A stretch of 64,000 nucleotides of DNA from an archaeon (GCA_029258795.1 JAPDKB010000007.1:246186-310185), one strand, 5' to 3'. Positions 49,458-59,366 are shown, counted from the stretch's first letter. Notes: generated by a model from the sequence alone, not told the origin. Numbers and translations: made by a program.

Positions 49458-49906
49458 CTCTCAGTTTTGTTTTCTTTTTCTTTTTTCCCTTTTTTTGATT
49501 GATTTTCGAAGAATTTGTGATAAGCCACCAAGGCTTTCGTTATTTCATGAAGCTCTTCGAGGTATTTTACCTTTTTATTTTGATCGTTTTCGTCGAGGAT
49601 TTGCTGAATATAATACTCGAAGAAACTGTGTAATTTCAGCGGTACTGGCTGGTTTTTTCTACCAGCCGCGTAGTATATTTTGGTTAAGAACTTAACGAGT
49701 TCTACGTCTATATTCGCTCTCCCCTTCTTGCTTTTTTCTCTGATATCGCTGAGAGCATCATAAATTTTTCTGAGCTGAGTACTGCTTATTTCTTTCTTTT
49801 CTCCCAGGTCTTTTGCTAGCCTGAATATTTCTCCCCCAGGTCGTATGATTTCCGGTAATTTTTCTGCTACTTCATCCAGGCTCGGCAACTCGTATTGGTT
49901 ACCCAT
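49454..49906 (-). CDS. csm2: Type III-A small subunit Csm2
   Basis: STQLRKIY, YYAAGR, ALVAYHKF. Confidence 0.93.
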   Translation of the reverse strand: MGNQYELPSLDEVAEKLPEIIRPGGEIFRLAKDLGEKKEISSTQLRKIYDALSDIREKSKKGRANIDVELVKFLTKIYYAAGRKNQPVPLKLHSFFEYYIQQILDENDQNKKVKYLEELHEITKALVAYHKFFENQSKKGKKEKENKTER

Positions 49907-52436
49907 TCACAATCACCTCATCCAGTTTTATTGCCGGAATGAAATCCAAGCCGAAACGAGTTAACACGAGAAACATTTTGAGGGCAAAGGAAAGGTAACC
50001 TCCTTCTTTATAAGCCCTGCTAGCTTTTCTGACCTTTTCTATGAATTCTTTCATCTCTTCCACATTATTCCCTCTCCAGTTTCGCGAAATGATGTAGTAA
50101 ATGTAAATCTCCGGCACTACTATTACGGGTCTGCCACGCGCCAGCTTTTTTGTTTGCTCTTCTTCATTGTAGGGAAGCGTTAGATTCTCCACCGTGAGAA
50201 GCTTGTAGAACACACTTCTAGAAAGCGCTCTCTCTTTATCCGCTTTGTCATTGGAAAGTGCTGCGAAGGTGTGGTAAAGCTCGATCGCTTTCCAAAACTT
50301 CTCCCATTGAAGATTTTCGTTCTCATCGAACATTGTTATCCTGTTTTTCTCACCTTCCTTGGAGAGGTCAAGAAAGCGGGATGCATTCTCAACCATTCTG
50401 AATATCGGGAACTTGTGAGAGTTGAAATAAAAGCCAGCTGAAATTCCTATTTTTTCATTTCCGCCGCACCACGTGTGGAAGAGTTTTCTCATATCATGCG
50501 TAAAGGAGAGTAGCCTGTCAATTCTCCCCACAACAGTGAGATCGTCTCCTCCCGAAAACACCACATAACAATCATGAACTCTTGCAACTTCATTGACGAT
50601 TTTGGTGAAAAATAGATCGAGCTGAAAACTGAGGGTTGCCAGTCTGGAAGGAGATAACCTGTCCACAAATCCGAACCTGAAGACATGGCCAAGGTTATCC
50701 ACATCAGCTTTGAGCATTGCGAGATAGGCATTTCTCTTTTCTTCATCCACCCGAGCCCCATCCACCCAAGTCAGTTCCTCCAATGTTTTAACTCTAACGC
50801 TCTTTCCGTCTTCCCCTTTCTCTACCGGTGTGTAGCTGCCAGTGATGAAGTAACCGTGAACACCTTGGCTGCTTTGAGAGGGTTTCAGGAGAAGCACTAG
50901 ATCCGCTCCTTCGCTTTTTCCATCAAGATAATATCGTATGGAGAAATCGCCAAACTTGAATGCTATGTGCGATCTCTCCTCCTCAAAATCGTTTATTCTT
51001 GCTCTCAAAAAGCTTGACCTCACAACTCTCCCACCAACCATTTCCAGCTGGAAGCACTTCTCACATTTCTGAAACTCGTCATCTTCTCCTTCCTGCCTCA
51101 CCTTTCTAAGCCCGCACACCCTGCAGGTTTCATCCTCTCCAGTGGGCGCGTCCTCCCTGTCAAGCTCCTTCCTACCAAACATCTCAAACCTCAGCTTTTT
51201 CATTTCGGTGTCGATTCTGGCCTTTTTAAGAAGGCTTGAGAACCATCCCTCCTTATTTATATCCTCAACGCCAACTCCGATGGCTATTTTCAGTATTCCT
51301 CCGTGGCGGGAGTAGAGGAACCTGTTCACATTTTCCTGAAACTCTCTAACCATCTTCTCCAGTTCATTGGTATAGGGTGCTAGGATCATGAAGTGTCCTC
51401 CCGCCTTGGAAACTATGTTGAAGGGTGTCAGCCTCAGCTCGTGCAGGATGTAGCGGACAACAGCATCCGAAAGCAGGGAGACGTAGAAGCTCCTTCCTCT
51501 CAGCCTTTTCGATGCTCCCTTCTCCGATCCTTCTCCCCTGTATGTGTAGAAGATGAAGTCCTGAATTCCGGATACATCTCCCTCTATCAGAGCGATTTTG
51601 TTTTTGTGAGGGGTGTTTCTGCTTCTGAAGAGGATTAAAGCTATGGCTGCCGTCATTTTGAGGTGATGGTAAAGAGGTATGTCAGGTACATCAACATAAA
51701 CCGCTGAGGGGACGAATATTAGGTGGTTCATCAGCACGGCATCCAGAGCATCGAGAAAGTAGGGATCGCTGTAATCCAGAGAGTTCAGTGCCTTGAGAAG
51801 TCTCTCATTTATTATTTTGTAGCACTCGGTTAGAGTTTGTGATTCCTTGTTCTCTATTATTGCACGCGAAACCCTTACTGCCTGTGCCTTTTCAGCCGGC
51901 ATGAAGCGTTTGTAACCCTCTTTGTAACTCTCCTCAATGTTGAATTTCCCGAGAAAGTCCTCAAGAGATATCATCGGAAAGAATTTGAGCGTGCTCTGAT
52001 TTGCTTCTCTCATACCATTTCTCACATCACTCTCGCTCATCCCGATGGTGGAGATGATGGAGAGGAGTGGCGTGTCCTCTCTCCTACCCCTGATGTCTTC
52101 TTCTTTCTCCTCCTCACCCTTCAGTTTGGTTCTTTCCGCTCTCGCAGAAATTATGTCAGCCTGCTTTATTATTTTCAACTCCTCCCTATCGATGTTCTCA
52201 TGATGGTTTATGACAACATCCGCGATGTACTTCCTCAGCTCTTCCGGGAGAGATTTCACCTTCTCTATGAACTTTGATCCGCATTTTCCGTGATCTTCTT
52301 TCAGAAAGACTGTGCTCACCTTCCCGATGTCGTGAAAAACTGCTGCGAGAACGAGCCTTTCTTCGTCAGAAGTCAGCCCGTAATGAAAGGTTTTACCCCC
52401 TATGACCACCACCGATTTGATTTTGTCGGGTTTCAA
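49899..52436 (-). CDS. cas10: Cas10/Csm1 with HD nuclease and GGDD cyclase motifs
   Basis: HDIGK, D..SA..ER, GDVSGIQDFI, LRGRSF, C..C/C..C, DVDNLG, SGGDD. Confidence 0.96.
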   Translation of the reverse strand: MKPDKIKSVVVIGGKTFHYGLTSDEERLVLAAVFHDIGKVSTVFLKEDHGKCGSKFIEKVKSLPEELRKYIADVVINHHENIDREELKIIKQADIISARAERTKLKGEEEKEEDIRGRREDTPLLSIISTIGMSESDVRNGMREANQSTLKFFPMISLEDFLGKFNIEESYKEGYKRFMPAEKAQAVRVSRAIIENKESQTLTECYKIINERLLKALNSLDYSDPYFLDALDAVLMNHLIFVPSAVYVDVPDIPLYHHLKMTAAIALILFRSRNTPHKNKIALIEGDVSGIQDFIFYTYRGEGSEKGASKRLRGRSFYVSLLSDAVVRYILHELRLTPFNIVSKAGGHFMILAPYTNELEKMVREFQENVNRFLYSRHGGILKIAIGVGVEDINKEGWFSSLLKKARIDTEMKKLRFEMFGRKELDREDAPTGEDETCRVCGLRKVRQEGEDDEFQKCEKCFQLEMVGGRVVRSSFLRARINDFEEERSHIAFKFGDFSIRYYLDGKSEGADLVLLLKPSQSSQGVHGYFITGSYTPVEKGEDGKSVRVKTLEELTWVDGARVDEEKRNAYLAMLKADVDNLGHVFRFGFVDRLSPSRLATLSFQLDLFFTKIVNEVARVHDCYVVFSGGDDLTVVGRIDRLLSFTHDMRKLFHTWCGGNEKIGISAGFYFNSHKFPIFRMVENASRFLDLSKEGEKNRITMFDENENLQWEKFWKAIELYHTFAALSNDKADKERALSRSVFYKLLTVENLTLPYNEEEQTKKLARGRPVIVVPEIYIYYIISRNWRGNNVEEMKEFIEKVRKASRAYKEGGYLSFALKMFLVLTRFGLDFIPAIKLDEVIVNG

Positions 52437-52471
52437 TCTGGCCTCTAAAATTTAAATTGGTATTTCTAATG

Positions 52472-52492
52472 GTTTAGATTTTCAGTCTAAAC
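52472..52492. promoter_or_regulatory. Palindromic operator between the divergent cas10 and cas1 promoters
   Basis: GTTTAGA-N7-TCTAAAC; near-copy at 59367-59384. Confidence 0.65.
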
Positions 52493-52535
52493 GTTTGCAG
52501 AAAAGCATAAAATAGATGCGGGATAGCCAATCCTG

Positions 52536-53483
52536 ATGAAAGAGCACATCTACGTTGTTTCCAGCGGCGTGATCTACAGGGAGAGGAACACGCTGGTCAT
52601 AGCGGGAGAGGAAAAGGTCGTTCTGCCGGTGAAGAGGGTCGCGTCCCTTCACATCTACGGCAACGTTTCCATAGCATCTCCCACGCTCAGGCTGCTGAGC
52701 GAGAACAACATTCCGGCTTACTTTTTCTCCAGAAATTACACTTACCACGGCGCTTTCATTCCAGCGGGATGGAAGGAGAACGGCAGGGTATTGCTGGCGC
52801 AGAGCAAGGCGTATTTTGATAAGCGCATTCATCTGGCAAGGTTCTTCGTGGAGAGTGTGAAGAACAGCATGCTTCTCTTTCTCAAAAACCATTACGATGC
52901 CGAGATTGTTAAGGAGATCAAAGGTGTGCGCCTCGAAGCTGCTTCCACCGTGCACGAGCTTCTCGGCATGGAGAGCGTGCTGTGGAAGCATTTTTACAGT
53001 TTTCTGCGTGATCATCTTGAATTTCTCGAGTTCGAGAGAAGGGTTTACAGACCTCCACCGGACAGTGGAAATGCTGTCATAAGCTTCGTTAACTCCCTTC
53101 TCTACGGCGCGGTTCTAAACGAGATATACAACTCTGCCCTATCTCCATCCATCGGATATCTCCACGAGGTGGATGAGTGGAGGCATGCGCTCGTTCTGGA
53201 CGTGGCGGACGTGTTCAAACCGGTGATATGCGCACCCGTTCTGCTGAGAGCTGATAAGGTGCTCGGGGAGGAGCATTTTGAAAAGAGGGGATGTGCTGTC
53301 TATCTAACTCGTGAGGGCAGATCTGCTGTGGTTGAGCTTTTCGAAAGGAAAATGAAAAGCACCGTGAGAATAAAGCGAACGGGAAAGACATCGAGCGTGA
53401 GAACTGCCATAAGATCCTTCTGCGTGGGGCTCAAGGACAGTCTCCTCAGGAAGAAAGAAATTTATCCTTACACCCCGTGGTGA
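52536..53483 (+). CDS. cas1: Cas1
   Basis: G...R..NTL, LLG.E, R..RPP....NA.ISF.NSLLY, GYLHE, L.LDVADVFKP. Confidence 0.95.
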   Translation: MKEHIYVVSSGVIYRERNTLVIAGEEKVVLPVKRVASLHIYGNVSIASPTLRLLSENNIPAYFFSRNYTYHGAFIPAGWKENGRVLLAQSKAYFDKRIHLARFFVESVKNSMLLFLKNHYDAEIVKEIKGVRLEAASTVHELLGMESVLWKHFYSFLRDHLEFLEFERRVYRPPPDSGNAVISFVNSLLYGAVLNEIYNSALSPSIGYLHEVDEWRHALVLDVADVFKPVICAPVLLRADKVLGEEHFEKRGCAVYLTREGRSAVVELFERKMKSTVRIKRTGKTSSVRTAIRSFCVGLKDSLLRKKEIYPYTPW

Positions 53484-53752
53484 TGGCTGTGTACTGCATA
53501 GTGGTTTACGATGTGGATGTGAGCAGGGTGGACAGGGTTCACAAGTTTCTCAGGCAGTATCTGTTCTGGATTCAGAACTCCGTTTTCGAGGGGGAACTCA
53601 CCGCTCAGGAGTTCAGGGAGGTAGTTAGGGGTTTGAAATCCATAATAGATGAAAGCAAGGACAGCGTTGTTATCTACGTGCTGAGGGATGCGAGCCTCAT
53701 AAAGAGATCCATCATAGGACAGGACAAGAACAGATTCTCCCGGATAATATGA
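53477..53752 (+). CDS. cas2: Cas2
   Basis: VVYDV...RV......LR.YL..IQNSVFEG.L, DSV.IY. Confidence 0.96.
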   Translation: MVMAVYCIVVYDVDVSRVDRVHKFLRQYLFWIQNSVFEGELTAQEFREVVRGLKSIIDESKDSVVIYVLRDASLIKRSIIGQDKNRFSRII

Positions 53753-53870
53753 TCGCTTACAATTATACCAATATGACCTACGTTTCAAGCACAGCGCAAA
53801 GATTAACCAGAAAATCAAGATGGAAAGACATTTAAAACTCAGATGCGCGAAATAACCATCGCAGGCGAGG
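53753..53870 (+). promoter_or_regulatory. CRISPR leader with BRE/TATA
   Basis: gaaagaca-TTTAAAA at about 53823-53837, ahead of the invariant end of the array. Confidence 0.7.
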
Positions 53871-56253
53871 GTTTGAGAAGAACTAGATAGTGTGGGAGCG
53901 CAAATATTACTTAATAGCTTGGTGGCTTTATTTTCCAAGTTTGAGAAGAACTAGATAGTGTGGGAGTTCCCACCTAAAGCTAAACTTTGTGCCACCACAT
54001 TCCTTAGTTTGAGAAGAACTAGATAGTGTGGGAGTTAATCATCTTCATCCTCTATTTTCCTAACTACAATTAAAGTTTGAGAAGAACTAGATAGTGTGGG
54101 AGCCAGCTAAAATACGGCAAGGCAACACACCCAAAACCAACCGTTTGGTTTGAGAAGAACTAGATAGTGTGGGAGCCTGGCTTTTCCTTTTTTCTTTCTT
54201 GGGTCCTTAACTATGTTCAGTTTGAGAAGAACTAGATAGTGTGGGAGCCGCTTCATTTTTGGCGTTACACTTATCCTTGCCTTTTTGTGTTTGAGAAGAA
54301 CTAGATAGTGTGGGAGTTCCCTGAAAACTCCGTAACTCTGTCCCTAACGCTATATTGTTTGAGAAGAACTAGATAGTGTGGGAGTGTGAATTGATTTTAA
54401 AGCTTCATCATGAATACGCTTAAAATCGTTTGAGAAGAACTAGATAGTGTGGGAGACATTGGCTTCTGAGCTTAAACTTAGAAATGGACAAACGGTAAGT
54501 TTGAGAAGAACTAGATAGTGTGGGAGCTTTTTTACATTAGTCCAACACTTTGGGTAGGGTGCTGGTTTGAGAAGAACTAGATAGTGTGGGAGTCCCCTAA
54601 ATATCGGTAACCCACTTCTACCTTATATCGTGTTTGAGAAGAACTAGATAGTGTGGGAGTCGGCGATGAACTCGTCCCATGTCATAACTCCTCACCTGCT
54701 CCGTTTGAGAAGAACTAGATAGTGTGGGAGCAGACCTTTTGTTTAATTTCTGTTACGTATATCGATTTTCCTGTTTGAGAAGAACTAGATAGTGTGGGAG
54801 TGTTTTGTTTTTGAAATGTAGCGTTATTTGTGTCATGCTAGTTTGAGAAGAACTAGATAGTGTGGGAGTTTTCCCATTTTTCTCGTGTGATTTTAGTCAT
54901 CACATCACCTCGTTTGAGAAGAACTAGATAGTGTGGGAGTGCGATGGATTGGGTAATCTCTGAGCATCGCGTACGCACATGTTTGAGAAGAACTAGATAG
55001 TGTGGGAGTATACCTCTTTATCTCAAAAAAATCTATCGCTCTTTTCATCCCCGTTTGAGAAGAACTAGATAGTGTGGGAGCGTTTTCGTCAACACCAAGA
55101 GATTTCAAGAACTGGGGTGGAAGGGTTTGAGAAGAACTAGATAGTGTGGGAGTTTCGTTATTGTGTTTAAAAGCCGTGTTGTTAAGTTCCTGTCCGTTTG
55201 AGAAGAACTAGGTAGTGTGGGAGAAGGTAAGAATTCCAGAAAAAACAACAGAAAGATTGGCAAGTTTGAGAAGAACTAGATAGTGTGGGAGAATGTTTCT
55301 ATTGCATATATCCTATCCTCGACCTCAATGGTTTGAGAAGAACTAGGTAGTGTGGGGGTGTTTTTTTGTTTTTATTATTTTATCTAATGCTTCATTCATA
55401 TGTTTGAGAAGAACTAGGTAGTGTGGGAGTCCTTGTCCATCCCTTTCTTAATTCTGTCAAGCTCAAGAGTTTGAGAAGAACTAGATAGTGTGGTAGTGTA
55501 ATTACAAACCCAACGGCAGCTAATATCAAAGCTGCTTGTGTTTGAGAAGAACTAGATAGTGTGGTAGATTACCCATCTTTACCTGCTTCACTACCTTCCT
55601 GCTGACCGTTTGGTTTGAGAAGAACTAGATAGTGTGGGAGTTGCCCAGCCACCACTTTTTTGTTCCTCAAACACTCCGCTTGTTTGAGAAGAACTAGATA
55701 GTGTGGAAGTCACCTTCATGCCTGATCTCAAGGCTGGCCTTACTCAACAGTTTGAGAAGAACTAGGTAGTGTGGTAGCCTCAGCATGCTTTCCTTATCTC
55801 TATATGGACAGATCCGTGGTTTGAGAAGAACTAGATAGTGTGGTAGGTACTTTCCATGTTGCAATGACACCACAACTTCTGCGTTTGTTTGAGAAGAACT
55901 AGATAGTGTGGTAGGACACCACAACCTTATCGTTTCCATCTCTGCATCACCTTTGTTTGAGAAGAACTAGATAGTGTGGTGGTTGATTGTATGCTCGGAT
56001 GTGCGAGGTTCAATTCATCGGTTTGAGAAGAACTAGATAGTGTGGTGGTCGAACTTTTCCGATTTTAGTGCGTGCTTTATAGGATTGTGTTTGAGAAGAA
56101 CTAGATAGTGTGGAAGTTTCCGTTAATTCCATGCTTGCTATACCGCTCGCTTTCCAGTTTGAGAAGAACTGGGTAGTGTGGAAGAGTTGGAACGTTCTGA
56201 AGCCTTCTCGTCACACATAAAATTGAGTTTAAGAAGAACTAGATAGTGTGAAG
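53871..56253 (+). CRISPR. CRISPR array, 35 repeats / 34 spacers (38-45 nt); 28-nt repeat GTTTGAGAAGAACTAGATAGTGTGGGAG
   Basis: Counted by eye. Repeats 1-19 are identical, later repeats vary, and the terminal repeat is degenerate. Confidence 0.98.
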
Positions 56254-56498
56254 TTCAAAATCCTTGCCGGAAATGTTTTGAGCGTGAGATCGGGATTTGA
56301 GAGAGTTAAGCATGAAGGTTAGCATGCAAAACACTATTTCTTCAGCCGCTTTTATATGAAGTGTGCAGCCTAACGTGAAGAGAAAGTCCGTAACACAGAA
56401 ATTGTAAATAGCACTGGACACTTAGATATTATTTTTCTTTGATGTTCATAAGAAACCTCGGCAATGTTTTTAAAATTTTTGAGGACATACTACCTCTG

Positions 56499-57794
56499 AT
56501 GTTTGAAAAAACTCCAAAAAGTGGACTGATAATAAGCGTTGGGGTCGGTCAGGGAATAGAAAGCGCGATCTGCTACTCCATATCGGTCTCTCACCCCGAC
56601 AAAGTTATTTTTCTGGTCACGCCGCAAAGCGAGAAGGACACGATGGAAAGAGTGCAGAAGGAATGCGCAAAAAAGGACGTCGAAATACCCGAAAGCGAGC
56701 TGATTCTGATTGAAAATGAGAATGATGTTGAAGCTGTGTTTAAGAAAGCAAGGGAAGCCATAAAAAGAATGAGAAAAAGCGATATCCCTCCTGCGAACAT
56801 AACGGTGGATTACACTTACGGCACGAAATCCATGTCTGCAGGACTCCTCTATGCCACGATACTAGAAAGGTGTGGTCATATAAGGTATGTAACCGGTAAG
56901 CGAGATTCAAAAACAGGGAGAGTTATCCCGGGTACGGAGAAGGAACTCACAACCAGCATTCGGGATCTTCTTGCTCCTATAGTGATAAAGGACGCTATAT
57001 CATTCTTCAACCTCTACCAGTTTGCTGCGGCAAAACGTGTTCTGGAAAGTTTTCTTGAAGGGATGGATGAGGAAAGTGCCATGAAAGTCTACCCATCCAT
57101 CTGTCGGCTTTTCAAGCTGTGCGAGGTTTACAGGCATTGGGATGCCTTCAACCACGAAGATGCTTTGAAGGCATTTGAAGAAGTCGACAGAGAAGCTATA
57201 AGGAATATTGCTCCGCAGATAGGTGTAAATAAGGGCTGGCTGGGGAAAATAGTTAACGGGTTAAAAGGAGAAGAAGGTTTGAATTTCGCGGAAGAACTAC
57301 TTGTAGATCTCTGGATGAACGCAAGGAGAAGGATGGAGGAGGAAAGGTACGTTGATGCGGTTTCAAGGTTTTACAGACTCACAGAAATGATAGCACAGCA
57401 CCAGCTGGAAAAGAACTACGGAATCGACACAAGAAATGTAGATATTGAGAAGGTTCCGGAAAATCTAAGAAATGAGCTGGGAAATTACAGAGATGAGAAG
57501 GGAAAAATCAAAATCCCTCTCTTCAAGGCATATGAGCTTCTAGCAAGTTTGGGAGACCCACTGGGCAAAAAAGTTATGGAAGACGAAAATACTTACAAAC
57601 TCTTCAGGTCAGTCATCAGTTTCAGAAACAACTCAATCGCTGCTCACGGAACCCAGCTAGTTGGAAAGGACTTCGCCGAAAAGTTTGAAAAATTCGTCGA
57701 GGAGCTGTTGAAGGAGGCGATTGGAGAAAGGAAGCTGGAGAAGATGGAGAAGGAAGCTGCTTTCCCAAAACTTGACCCCCAAAAAATAAGCTAA
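56499..57794 (+). CDS. CARF + HEPN effector (TIGR02710/Csm6-like cOA-activated RNase)
   Basis: SVG.G, VDYTYGTKSMSAGL CARF motif; DA..RFYR..E..AQ; RNNSIAAHG HEPN motif. Confidence 0.88.
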   Translation: MFEKTPKSGLIISVGVGQGIESAICYSISVSHPDKVIFLVTPQSEKDTMERVQKECAKKDVEIPESELILIENENDVEAVFKKAREAIKRMRKSDIPPANITVDYTYGTKSMSAGLLYATILERCGHIRYVTGKRDSKTGRVIPGTEKELTTSIRDLLAPIVIKDAISFFNLYQFAAAKRVLESFLEGMDEESAMKVYPSICRLFKLCEVYRHWDAFNHEDALKAFEEVDREAIRNIAPQIGVNKGWLGKIVNGLKGEEGLNFAEELLVDLWMNARRRMEEERYVDAVSRFYRLTEMIAQHQLEKNYGIDTRNVDIEKVPENLRNELGNYRDEKGKIKIPLFKAYELLASLGDPLGKKVMEDENTYKLFRSVISFRNNSIAAHGTQLVGKDFAEKFEKFVEELLKEAIGERKLEKMEKEAAFPKLDPQKIS

Positions 57795-57815
57795 GCTCTG
57801 TGAGGGAGTTACGGG

Positions 57816-58562
57816 ATGAGAATAGTGATCCTTCTCAAACCACTCACGAATGCATCTTATGATGCGATAAACAAGCATCACATCCAAGCTACAATATACT
57901 CCCTCCTTAGATCCACACCTTTTGATATCATCCATGAGCTCAGAGGGTTTAAGTACTTCACCTTCTCTGACATAATGCCTCCCACAGATTTTAAAGAAGG
58001 TGAGCCAAAGCACATGCTCTTCAGCTCGCCCATGTCTTCACTGGTCAAATTCCTGAAAAACAGAATAAAAGAGGTGGGACGTGTCAAAATAAAAGATATA
58101 TGGTTCGAGGTTGATGTGAAAACCGTACCTCAGAAATTCACCACAAGATGGATCACCGCAAGCCCCATAGTGCTTTATAAAGATTCGAGGAAAAATGTTT
58201 ACTTCTCCTTTTACCGGGACACGAATCTCCAGTTCTTCCTGGACAGGCTGAAGGAAAATGCTCTGAAGAAATACAACATCTACTACAACGATGAGCTGAA
58301 TTTTGAAGAGCCCCTCTTCGACATCATGAAATTCAACAAATCCGTATCGGTAGAGCTGACCAAAGATAAGAAAAAGTTCATAATCATAGGGAGCACATGG
58401 AAACTCCTTGAAAAGATCAGGGTGCCCCGGCATCTCAGAAAGTTCTACAGATTTATATTTGATTGCGGACTCGGAGAAAAGAACAGCCTTGGTTTCGGTT
58501 GTCTGAACGAACATCCCAGCCTCAGGAAACACTCTTCTCGATCTCGTAAATCTCAAGCATAG
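57816..58562 (+). CDS. cas6: Cas6 endoribonuclease
   Basis: FKYFTFS, SPIV, GLGEKNSLGFG loop. Confidence 0.95.
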   Translation: MRIVILLKPLTNASYDAINKHHIQATIYSLLRSTPFDIIHELRGFKYFTFSDIMPPTDFKEGEPKHMLFSSPMSSLVKFLKNRIKEVGRVKIKDIWFEVDVKTVPQKFTTRWITASPIVLYKDSRKNVYFSFYRDTNLQFFLDRLKENALKKYNIYYNDELNFEEPLFDIMKFNKSVSVELTKDKKKFIIIGSTWKLLEKIRVPRHLRKFYRFIFDCGLGEKNSLGFGCLNEHPSLRKHSSRSRKSQA

Positions 58563-59169
58563 CCCTGCCTATATCCGTCAGGTACACCACCTTTCTCTTG
58601 CCATCATACCTGTAATCGATCATACCCCATGTTCTCATTTTCTCCAGGTGTGTTTTTACGGTTGTGTCTGTGAGGTTAAGCTCTCTCGAGATTTCGTGCT
58701 GTGTAAGGATGCGCTCTCTCAGAAGCCTTGCTATTCTGTATCTCTGTCCCCTCAAACCGAAAAACGGCGATGTGTCGAGCTTTGGTGAGGGCACTTCCAC
58801 ATACTCCATCGTACCGTCCTTTCTCCTGAAAATGTAGAAAGCCTTTCCCCCCACGATCATGGTGTAGATGTAGAGCGCGAGAACCATGATCTTTGTTCCG
58901 CCGGTGATGTTTGAGATCACATCATCTCCCACTCTGTATTTCACGCTCTTCCTCAGATCTGTTAGAATGACGTCAAGCCGGGAAGCATCGCTCACTATCA
59001 CCTCAACTTCTCTGTAGAGTTTCTCGATGGCATTCCTGATGTCCTCGGCCATTCCGAATGTTTCCTGAGAACAGAGCAGGTAAACTCTGTCTATCCTGCT
59101 GTGATATCTGAAACCCTCCAGAACGGGTGATTCCTGCTCACCAACGCTGCAGATCATTATCCTTTTCAT
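58522..59169 (-). CDS. csa3: Csa3-like CARF + winged-HTH regulator
   Basis: SVG, NITGGTKIM CARF motif; EISRELNL...TV..HL..M...G.I wHTH. Confidence 0.85.
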   Translation of the reverse strand: MKRIMICSVGEQESPVLEGFRYHSRIDRVYLLCSQETFGMAEDIRNAIEKLYREVEVIVSDASRLDVILTDLRKSVKYRVGDDVISNITGGTKIMVLALYIYTMIVGGKAFYIFRRKDGTMEYVEVPSPKLDTSPFFGLRGQRYRIARLLRERILTQHEISRELNLTDTTVKTHLEKMRTWGMIDYRYDGKRKVVYLTDIGRAMLEIYEIEKSVS

Positions 59170-59178
59170 GACCTCACC

Positions 59179-59247
59179 GCGGACAGCACCCTTTCAAATA
59201 GAAGCTAGCGTTTCCATTTTTATTAAATTTTGCCGGGTGCTGTCCGC
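59179..59247. repeat. Perfect 13-bp inverted repeat adjoining the csa3 Shine-Dalgarno
   Basis: gcggacagcaccc (59179-59191) / gggtgctgtccgc (59235-59247). Confidence 0.9.
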
Positions 59248-59366
59248 TCGGTCGGAGAAGTCAGATTCCTCCCGTGATCTTTTCCCCACATTTTTCTTCC
59301 ATCACCTCCGCGAGAGCTTTTGATAAAAAACTGGATTCGCCACTTTAAAGGCTCTTTTCTAAACAC

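Noticed and set aside
55710-55749. Spacer reverse complement GAGATCAGGCATGA resembles GAGATAAGGCATGA at the window end (self-targeting?)
   Set aside because: Only 13 of 14 nt match and the upstream flank differs; consistent with chance
55847-55954. Adjacent spacers share GACACCACAAC
   Set aside because: Only an 11-nt match with unrelated flanks; cannot be distinguished from chance
53468-56421. ORFs 53468..53938, 54905..55108, 55694..55939 and 56239..56421 on the minus strand
   Set aside because: Read-through of CRISPR repeats (recurring PTLSSSSQT or PHYLVLLK), not genes
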